From contig CAXNEW010000001.1 in the NCBI GenBank assembly GCA_964201665.1, forward strand, positions 2,623 through 66,622: a stretch of 64,000 nucleotides of DNA, read 5' to 3'. Positions within the stretch are counted from its first letter, which is position 1. Each line of letters begins with the position of its first letter. The notes beneath the pieces are model-generated. The model was not told the DNA's origin and made no database searches. It saw nothing but the letters and a program-made list of their open reading frames with translations. Both the position numbers and the translations under genes were made by a program. Origin of the DNA: Bdellovibrionota bacterium (GTDB taxonomy: Bacteria > Bdellovibrionota > UBA2428). Shown in pieces: positions 57,539 to 64,000 of the stretch.

Positions 57539-60073
57539 TTAACGTCTCTTGGCAAGTTTCTCTAGCAGCACTTGACGAGTACTCGAATCGATTTCCACAT
57601 AAGGTTCTAAAAGCGAGCTGACGTGTTGGTAAAACTCTATGGATCCCGAATGAACTCTTTGGTGTGCATGTCTTCCCGCAGGCTTCTGCTCGCGAGCGGG
57701 ACTATGTTTCCCCGAGCCCATAACTTTTGAGGCCTGGTTGCGACTTTCAAAAGGAGTCTTGGGTCCGCCGTGAGACCACTCAAAATCTGTATTTGGATTT
57801 TCTTTTAAAAACTTTAAAATCTTTGCGTCCCAGACTTGTATTAAAAGCTTGCGAAATTCAGATGTGTATTCGCCATTAAACTCTACCTTACTCAAATCAA
57901 ACCCTACTCCTGATTCCGTTGCTTTGTTGTAAATGTGTATCCAAAATGCTTCAGGCCCCTCATGAACTCTTTTGTGTGCATTTCTTCCCGCAGGCTTCTG
58001 CTCGCGAGCGGGACTATATATCCCCGAGCCCATAACTTTTGAGGGCTGGTTGCCACTTTCAAAAGGTGTCTTAGGTCCGCTGTGAGACCACTTAAAATCT
58101 GTATTTGGATTTTCTTTTAAAAATTTAAAAATCTTTGCATCCCAGACTTGGGTTAGAAGCTTGCGAAATTCAGGAGTGTATTCGCCTTGAAACTCTACCT
58201 TACTCAAATCAAACCCTACTCCTGATTCCGTTGCTTTGTTGTAAATGTGTATCCAAAATGCTTCAGGCCCCTCATGAACTCTTTTGTGTGCACTTCTTCC
58301 CGCAGGCTTCTGCTCGCGAGCGGGACTATAAATCCCTGTGCCCATAACTTTGGAGGCCTGGTCTGTGTTTTCAAATGGGGTTTTGGGTCCTCCATTGGAC
58401 CATTCAAAATCTGTGTTGGGATTTTCTTTTAAAAATTTTAGAATAACAAAATCGCTGTAGCGTTTTTGAAGAGCTCTTAGCCGCATTTCTATGCCTGGTT
58501 GAAAAACGGAACCCCTCTGTAAGCAGGTTTCCTTGCTACTTAAATCCCAAAGATCTACTCGGTGTGCCACAGTCCTTAACTCAAGCTCAGAAAACAGAGC
58601 CTCTAAAAACAAAAGAGGATCATTTGAAAAATTTGCCTCTATGGATTCTTTGTATGTTTTTAAAAGTTCTTTAGGATCCATTTTTAGTTTGGATTCGCTA
58701 GCCTCATCAAATTTCAAAACTTCGGCGACAATTTTGTCGATGAAATCTCTTTGGGTTGAAAATTTTTCTTGAGCTTTTCTAAGGCTTCTTTGGGCTTCAC
58801 TTTGATTTGCCTCTACAATCTGATGAAACCCCTTACCCTCCAATGAGTCAGGCGAGTCTTTAAGCGAGGCGGACCGGGTCCCAAAGTCATCAAACAAAAA
58901 ATCTAATTTGTGGCGAGCTACAAAGGCATCAAAGGAACTCGCCTGAACTTCAAGAAGCTCTGCTAGATGGCTACGATTGTTAAAGCCTGTTCCCAAAACA
59001 AACTTCATTAAGGCTTCAACTTGTATTTGCCCCTTTTCTTTAAGGGCTCCATAAGGTGGCTGAACTATCAGGTCAGCTCCTTTTTGAATGTTGGCCACAA
59101 GCCCCAGGGTTGAAAGTTTTGCACTTACTGAAGCCTCAGTGCGGTTAAGTGAATTTGCAATTTCTGAAATTGTTAATCTTTTTTGGAGTCTAAGTTCTTT
59201 TAGTTTAAAAATATCACCCGCACTCCATGGCCTTCCATTTTGAAAGCTTCCCAAATAGTGCAAATAGAACTTAAGAGCCTCAAATCCAACTTTGTGTTTT
59301 TGAGAAGTCTCTAAAATAAAATCATCAGTCAGCACGCCTCCCGACAGACCCCGTTGAACTTCAATTTCACTAAATAAATTTTTAAACTTTGTGCTCTGCC
59401 ATTTAGTATCAATTGAAATTCTTAGGTCTGACAAAAGTTGATAAATCTCATTTTCAGTTACATTCAAATCATCAGCTATTTGTGGAACCGACATTTGCGT
59501 AATGTTTTTATGAAAATAAATAAAATAGTCTTTAACAGTTAGCAGGGTTAAATTTTGTTTTTTGGAATAGGCACGACCTAAAGACTTGTTAGTGTTCTTT
59601 ATAAAGTCGGCAAAATGCAAAAACCGCAAGCGATCAAAAAAACGAACTCGCGCATCCTGGCCAAAGGCACTCAAAGTGGGGTCTTCCCAAATATGAACTG
59701 AGTAAAACGAAATCACATCTGCAAACTGGATTTCAGTTAATCCCCACTTGCTTTTAAATGCGGAACCTAAAAGTGTGGGATCGCCAAGCTCAATGAGCTT
59801 TAAATAATCATCTTCAAACTCACGAAAAACTTTGGAGTGATCGGGATTTGTTTGCCAAGGATAGGAGCCTGAAAGTTCCTGTCCCCGTAGACTTTGAGTT
59901 AGATCATCCCGAATAAATTTTACGGCTTCAATCTGTTTGAAAACTTCAGCGAGAGTGCCCTGACAGGGATTGGCTAGGGAAGGATTGGCTAGGGAAGGAT
60001 CCGCCCCAAGATAAATTAAAGCTCCGAAGGCTAAAACAAATCCTTTGATGGAATAAGACTTCGAAGCAATCAT
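57539..60073 (-). CDS. Secreted 844-aa hypothetical protein with HTH-like segments and 2.7 tandem 104-aa repeats at the C-terminus
   Basis: A signal-like N-terminus with a duplicated PSLAN. HTH-like stretches (..VPQIADDLNVTENEIYQLLSDL.., ..LTISEIANSLNRTEASVSAKLSTLGL..). There are three FLKENPNTDF.WS..GPKTPFE...SPAREQKPAGR.AH.RVH.. units. Confidence 0.6.
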   Translation of the reverse strand: MIASKSYSIKGFVLAFGALIYLGADPSLANPSLANPCQGTLAEVFKQIEAVKFIRDDLTQSLRGQELSGSYPWQTNPDHSKVFREFEDDYLKLIELGDPTLLGSAFKSKWGLTEIQFADVISFYSVHIWEDPTLSAFGQDARVRFFDRLRFLHFADFIKNTNKSLGRAYSKKQNLTLLTVKDYFIYFHKNITQMSVPQIADDLNVTENEIYQLLSDLRISIDTKWQSTKFKNLFSEIEVQRGLSGGVLTDDFILETSQKHKVGFEALKFYLHYLGSFQNGRPWSAGDIFKLKELRLQKRLTISEIANSLNRTEASVSAKLSTLGLVANIQKGADLIVQPPYGALKEKGQIQVEALMKFVLGTGFNNRSHLAELLEVQASSFDAFVARHKLDFLFDDFGTRSASLKDSPDSLEGKGFHQIVEANQSEAQRSLRKAQEKFSTQRDFIDKIVAEVLKFDEASESKLKMDPKELLKTYKESIEANFSNDPLLFLEALFSELELRTVAHRVDLWDLSSKETCLQRGSVFQPGIEMRLRALQKRYSDFVILKFLKENPNTDFEWSNGGPKTPFENTDQASKVMGTGIYSPAREQKPAGRSAHKRVHEGPEAFWIHIYNKATESGVGFDLSKVEFQGEYTPEFRKLLTQVWDAKIFKFLKENPNTDFKWSHSGPKTPFESGNQPSKVMGSGIYSPAREQKPAGRNAHKRVHEGPEAFWIHIYNKATESGVGFDLSKVEFNGEYTSEFRKLLIQVWDAKILKFLKENPNTDFEWSHGGPKTPFESRNQASKVMGSGKHSPAREQKPAGRHAHQRVHSGSIEFYQHVSSLLEPYVEIDSSTRQVLLEKLAKRR
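57640..58440. repeat. 312-bp tandem repeat (about 2.7 copies) inside the 844-aa gene
   Basis: The landmark tgaactct recurs at 57651, 57963 and 58275, a period of exactly 312 bp. Stretches of about 90 nt (for example ctaccttactcaaatcaaaccctactcctgattccgttgctttgttgtaaatgtgtatccaaaatgcttcaggcccctcatgaactctttt) are identical between copies. Confidence 0.85.
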
Positions 60074-60220
60074 GACATGATCATATAGCGCAACGCGTTA
60101 AACGCATCAAGGTTATTTGTATGTCTATAAGCTCTTGTTTTTTTTAGGGTTTTTTTCAGTGGCTTGCTTCCTAGGTTTGCCAGTCGAGGAGAACGCCTTT
60201 TTGCACCGAAAATAAAAAAA

Positions 60221-60250
60221 GGGCGCTGCGAGATAATTCTCGCAGCGCCC
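60221..60250. terminator. Rho-independent terminator downstream of atpE (A/T runs on both sides, potentially bidirectional)
   Basis: aaaaaaa-gggcgctgcgaga-taat-tctcgcagcgccc-ttttt: a 13-bp GC-rich stem. Confidence 0.8.
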
Positions 60251-60265
60251 TTTTTAATTTAAAAA

Positions 60266-60583
60266 TTATTTACCAGCTAAGCCGTTAGCAACGACGAAAG
60301 CCAATAGAGCTAAGGACTCCATAAGAGCCAAGCTCAAAATTAGGGGAGTGAACAATCCTTTTTGAGCGGCAGGGTTGCGACCAATGCCTTCAAGTGCAGC
60401 AACAGCAGCTCGGCTTTGTGAAAAACCAACAACAGCTGCGGCCAGGCCCATACACAAGCCCGCTGCCCAATAAGCATTACCAACAACAGAGCTTGCAGCT
60501 CCGGCAGCTGCCGCGGCTTCTTCAGCTCGAGCTAGAGCGGGCAACAAACTCATTCCAATTAAGACCAATCCATGTTTTTTCAT
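60266..60583 (-). CDS. atpE: F0F1 ATP synthase subunit c (with an N-terminal extension)
   Basis: ..ALEGIGRNPAAQ..(loop)..LALMESLALLAF.. is the hairpin with the conserved carboxylate. About 35 extra N-terminal residues resemble a signal sequence. Confidence 0.8.
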   Translation of the reverse strand: MKKHGLVLIGMSLLPALARAEEAAAAAGAASSVVGNAYWAAGLCMGLAAAVVGFSQSRAAVAALEGIGRNPAAQKGLFTPLILSLALMESLALLAFVVANGLAGK

Positions 60584-60618
60584 TTTATCTATCCTCCTAA
60601 AAATGCCACCACATTCAC

Positions 60619-61422
60619 TTAGTGGTCGTCATGGGCAGTGGCCATGCCGATATAAATGGCGGTTAACAACATAAACACAAAGGCCTGAATTACGCAGACC
60701 ATAAAACCCAAAATTACAATCGGAAGCGGCGCCACAACCGTAAGCACATAACCTAAGGAAGTCCCTACGATTCCCAGAGTCTCTCCCATAAATTCTTTTA
60801 ATCTAAAAACCAAGTCATTTATGATTCCTAGAACAACGTGATCGCCATAAATATTTGATCGCAACCTAATACCCAAGGTTACGGGCCTTGCTCCATGAGA
60901 AACAAGCTCAATCAAAAACATAATCGGACCCAAAAACAAAAGCAGAGCTCCGTGCAAATGACCCGTGTAGTTTTCTAAATACTTAAACCCATTAACTCGA
61001 AAACCCTGAAAATTATAGTAAAGAAAAACAAACAAGCCCATCGAAAGGGTGGTGTTGATATTGTCGGTCGCCGAACCCAGGGTTGGAATCATTCCAAGCA
61101 GGTTGTTAGAAAGCGTCCAAATGAAGATAAAGCTTAAGAGCGGAAGATAATCTTTATAGTGATGGCCAATGATGTCTTTAGACAAACCCTGCACGAATTC
61201 TGCAACCAGTTCAAAAGAGTTTTTTATCCCAAATTGAGGAGAGGGAACAAAGTCGCGGTCATTTCCAGAGGCAGAACTCAAGGCTGGAGCCTTTAAAGTA
61301 TAAATAAGTCCCGCCCCAAGAAGTAGGGTTGCTGTGACGCCAGCTGCGGCAACGTGGGGGTACTTATCAAGGTACTCCACGTGCAATAAATTCCAAATTT
61401 GAAAACCGTGTCCACCGGCCAT
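60619..61422 (-). CDS. atpB: F0F1 ATP synthase subunit a
   Basis: ..SHGARPVTLGIRLRSNIYGDH.. contains the conserved Arg of helix 4. A polytopic membrane protein located upstream of atpE. Confidence 0.8.
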   Translation of the reverse strand: MAGGHGFQIWNLLHVEYLDKYPHVAAAGVTATLLLGAGLIYTLKAPALSSASGNDRDFVPSPQFGIKNSFELVAEFVQGLSKDIIGHHYKDYLPLLSFIFIWTLSNNLLGMIPTLGSATDNINTTLSMGLFVFLYYNFQGFRVNGFKYLENYTGHLHGALLLFLGPIMFLIELVSHGARPVTLGIRLRSNIYGDHVVLGIINDLVFRLKEFMGETLGIVGTSLGYVLTVVAPLPIVILGFMVCVIQAFVFMLLTAIYIGMATAHDDH

Positions 61423-61475
61423 GAGGGCCTTATTCTATAGCGTTGACCTTTCGGTTTTGCCAACCCTAAAAATAA

Positions 61476-61787
61476 TTACTTCTTTTTTGAATCCCTAAAT
61501 TTTGCAATTAGGGCGCCCAAGAAAACCCAAAAAAAGATTCCCCCCACAAGGCCCAAGCCCATTTTAGGAGCCGAATGACCTCGGTCTGAGCCAACCTTTA
61601 GCAAATAGGCAGATAAAAGAAATTGCCCCATCAAAAGTAGAACTGAAAACAAGATTTTTAAATTTCTATTTTTACTGGGTTCTTGGCCTGAAGAATCCCC
61701 GCTTGCTGAAATAAGGACCCTTAGACCCCAGGTCAGCCCCCAAACACCAATTCCTCCAACTAGAAACCCCAATCCAACAGTCAACAT
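61476..61787 (-). CDS. Small membrane protein, AtpI-like
   Basis: 103 aa with 3-4 hydrophobic helices, located directly upstream of atpB. Confidence 0.4.
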   Translation of the reverse strand: MLTVGLGFLVGGIGVWGLTWGLRVLISASGDSSGQEPSKNRNLKILFSVLLLMGQFLLSAYLLKVGSDRGHSAPKMGLGLVGGIFFWVFLGALIAKFRDSKKK

Positions 61788-62090
61788 TTACGAATTTCTA
61801 TCTAAAACCTTTTGCAGTTTTTCGAGCTGTCTCACCACGTGGAACAACGCAACGCCCATAAAAAAAATTACGCAAAATGCTGTTCCCAATTTTGCCTTAG
61901 ATTCTAGCCAAATATCGGCTTTTGCCCCAACAAAATACCCCAGCAGTCCAGCCGCCAAAACCTCAAAACACAAAGAAAGTCCAAGAGCCGCTGCATACGC
62001 ATATTTTTTAAAGACTTTTTGATTTTCCTGACCTTCGTCGGGCTCCTTAGGCTGACTCAATTTTGAATTTTCCCATTTTTTGAAAAACAT
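61788..62090 (-). CDS. Small membrane protein, AtpZ-like (start uncertain)
   Basis: Two TM helices (..YAYAAALGLSLCFEVLAAGLLGYFVG.., ..GTAFCVIFFMGVALF..). Every candidate start overlaps the 3' end of hemL. Confidence 0.35.
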   Translation of the reverse strand: MFFKKWENSKLSQPKEPDEGQENQKVFKKYAYAAALGLSLCFEVLAAGLLGYFVGAKADIWLESKAKLGTAFCVIFFMGVALFHVVRQLEKLQKVLDRNS

Positions 62091-63378
62091 TTGAAAATGC
62101 GCGCTCAAGCTCTGTTCGAATTTGCGGTGTGTCGTGGGCGACTGATAAAAAACAAGCTTCAAACGGAGAGGGCGGCATTAAAACACCCTCCTCAAGTAGA
62201 AACCCAAAAAACTGATTGAAGTTTTCATTTGAAATATTTTTACAATCCTCAGAATTTCGCACCTGGCCAGATCTGAAATAAAAACTGACCATCGAACCAA
62301 CTCTTTCGGTCCGAAAAGGAATTTTATATTTTTCGGCCAAGCTATTTGCGCAGCCCTCAAGCCACGAGCCCAGAGAATCGAGCTTCGTGTAAGGGTCCTG
62401 TTCCTCGATCAGATCCAACATTGCCAGGCCCCCAGAGACACAAACTGGATTGCCCGAAAAAGTGCCTGCCTGATAAACCTTGCCCGTGGGTGCTAAGCAA
62501 TCCATTATTTCTGCTTTTCCACAAAGAGCCGCGAGAGGAAATCCGCCGCCAACAATTTTAGCCAAACAGGTTAGGTCAGGCTCAATGCCAAAGAGTCCCT
62601 GGGCCGATTTTTTTGAAACCCGAAATCCGGTCATGACCTCGTCAAAAATAAGAACAACTCCTTTTTGGTTGCAAAGCTCACGAATTTTTTTCAAAAATCC
62701 TGGCTCCGGGGGAACCACTCCCATGTTTCCCATTACGGGCTCTAAAATAATTCCTGCCAAACTTGAACCTTCATCGTTAAAAAGTTTTTCCAAGGCCTTT
62801 TCGTCATTGAAGGGAATTACGCGCGAAAGGTCGATTAGGTTTTGAGGCAAGCCCGCTGAATCAGCTTGTGCAGAGCCGGGTCCGGTTACTGTCTGTGTTG
62901 CGAGTCCGCTTCCAGAATCAACAAGAAGGCTATCTACGTGGCCATTATAGTGACCCGAAAATTTTGCTATTAAATTTCGATTGGTGAAGCCGCGCGCGAG
63001 TCTTACTGCCGTCGCACAACTTTCAGTTCCCGTGCTCATAAGTCTAATTTTTTTTGCTGCTGGAAGGTGAGCTAAAACTCGTTGAGCCCAAAGTATTTCC
63101 ATTTCGCTTGTAAAACCAAAAGCAGTTCCTTTTGAAATTGTGTTCTTTACTTTAGAAACAATGTGGGGATGGGCATGGCCAAAAAGGTGGGGGCCATAAC
63201 CCATGACTAAATCAACAAAAGTATTCCCATCGACATCTTTAACAAACGGGCCTTGGCCTGAGGCTAAAAGGATGGGCTTAGCTTTTACCCGTCTGAAACT
63301 TCGTACGGGTGAATTAACTCCTCCCACTAAGGGGCCTTGAGCCAGGCGATGGAGTTCCTCAGATCGAGTAGTTTTCAT
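62047..63378 (-). CDS. hemL: Glutamate-1-semialdehyde 2,1-aminomutase
   Basis: ..GGVNSPVRSFR.., ..LIFDEVMTGFR.. and ..LAKIVGGGFPL.. are class III aminotransferase/HemL motifs. Confidence 0.9.
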   Translation of the reverse strand: MKTTRSEELHRLAQGPLVGGVNSPVRSFRRVKAKPILLASGQGPFVKDVDGNTFVDLVMGYGPHLFGHAHPHIVSKVKNTISKGTAFGFTSEMEILWAQRVLAHLPAAKKIRLMSTGTESCATAVRLARGFTNRNLIAKFSGHYNGHVDSLLVDSGSGLATQTVTGPGSAQADSAGLPQNLIDLSRVIPFNDEKALEKLFNDEGSSLAGIILEPVMGNMGVVPPEPGFLKKIRELCNQKGVVLIFDEVMTGFRVSKKSAQGLFGIEPDLTCLAKIVGGGFPLAALCGKAEIMDCLAPTGKVYQAGTFSGNPVCVSGGLAMLDLIEEQDPYTKLDSLGSWLEGCANSLAEKYKIPFRTERVGSMVSFYFRSGQVRNSEDCKNISNENFNQFFGFLLEEGVLMPPSPFEACFLSVAHDTPQIRTELERAFSNVFQKMGKFKIESA

Positions 63379-63989
63379 ATTTGCTTTTCTTTCTGTCTTT
63401 TTAAAACTCTTTCAATTTTTAGCTCTATGACTTTTTTGTTCGGGTAGAGGGCTAAGCTTTTTTGGTAGGATTCAAGAGCCGTGCTTAAATCTCCTGCTGC
63501 CTCGTGAGCATTTCCAAGGCCGTAATAGGCCTCACCAACAAGTGCCGAATACTCAATGGACTCTGAAAATTTAGAAATAGTTTCATTAAAAAGGACTTTT
63601 GCCGAATCTAAATTTCTTGCCGCCAAATGGGCCTGGGCTTCATCAAACAAAGTTCGGGGTCCCTCCTTGTGGCCAGGAAAAAGCGTTCTAAAGCTTGCAT
63701 ATTTTTTTGCTGCAGAATCAAACTTTCCAGCGTCCATTAAATTTTTTGCACAAAGCAATAAAACATCGGGGCCTTCCTTTTGAAATTGCGCAATCGAATC
63801 AAAAAGGGTTTCAAGCTCTTTGGCCGCCGACGAGGGGTCCTCTAGTTTTTCCGAATAAATTTTTGATATTTCCAAATGTGCTTGGATTTTTATTGAGGCT
63901 TCTTTTGAGCTTTCAGAAGCCTTTCTATATGAAGCAATGGCCTTAGGAAAATCCTTTAAATGGGATCCAAAGATATTCGCAATTTCCAT
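63375..63989 (-). CDS. TPR-repeat protein (possibly longer; the reading frame stays open to the window edge)
   Basis: TPR-like AxxxYxxG repeats (..GEAYYGLGNAHEAAGDLSTALESYQKSL..). No in-frame stop lies between 63989 and 64000. Confidence 0.5.
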   Translation of the reverse strand: MEIANIFGSHLKDFPKAIASYRKASESSKEASIKIQAHLEISKIYSEKLEDPSSAAKELETLFDSIAQFQKEGPDVLLLCAKNLMDAGKFDSAAKKYASFRTLFPGHKEGPRTLFDEAQAHLAARNLDSAKVLFNETISKFSESIEYSALVGEAYYGLGNAHEAAGDLSTALESYQKSLALYPNKKVIELKIERVLKRQKEKQI

Positions 63990-64000
63990 TTGAGCTCGAA

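Overview
This is a 64-kb chromosomal window of roughly mid-40s %GC, judged by eye. The gene content (a TIGR02147/DUF4423-type protein, many secreted hypothetical proteins, split F0 genes, mfd-ppiC-surA synteny) suggests a Bdellovibrionota/Oligoflexia-like bacterium; this is an inference, not a database result.

Layout:
(1) 0-4.8 kb: envelope and secreted proteins (OmpA-family, PA14-like lipoprotein, Kelch-like).
(2) 4.8 to about 12 kb, possibly to about 15 kb: an accessory region anchored on tRNA-Arg(ACG). The tRNA 3' end is repeated perfectly three times. Progressively degenerate copies of it, together with a conserved ~75-nt flank, then punctuate a string of 1-2-gene units carrying TA pairs, an alpha/beta hydrolase, a GNAT, a blasticidin-S-deaminase-like protein and a DsbA-like protein. 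A MITE-like palindrome also sits here. No integrase is present in the window.
(3) 15.6-25.4 kb: small operons with unusual domain fusions. These are DedA::ATP-grasp with MipA; YHS-DoxX-[cysteine-dioxygenase-like cupin::PLP decarboxylase]-hydrolase; ECF sigma/anti-sigma; and TetR-CcdA-[Trx::redoxin::MsrB].
(4) 25.5-30.3 kb: tadA, serS and a 1001-aa GYF/TPR protein.
(5) 30.3-47.9 kb: two back-to-back but divergent nuo clusters on the minus strand. Their order is nuoA-H-J-K-L-M-N followed by nuoA-C-E-F-H-J-K-L-M-N. Both lack nuoB, D, G and I, and the second NuoL has a duplicated lateral-helix segment.
(6) 48-64 kb: mfd, two PPIase/SurA-like genes, a phosphomannomutase, an atypically short uvrA, an 844-aa secreted protein with near-identical 312-bp tandem repeats, atpZ/I-atpB-atpE, hemL and a TPR gene running off the edge.

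All calls come from reading the ORF translations and the DNA by eye. Start codons and family names are provisional, and no searches were run.
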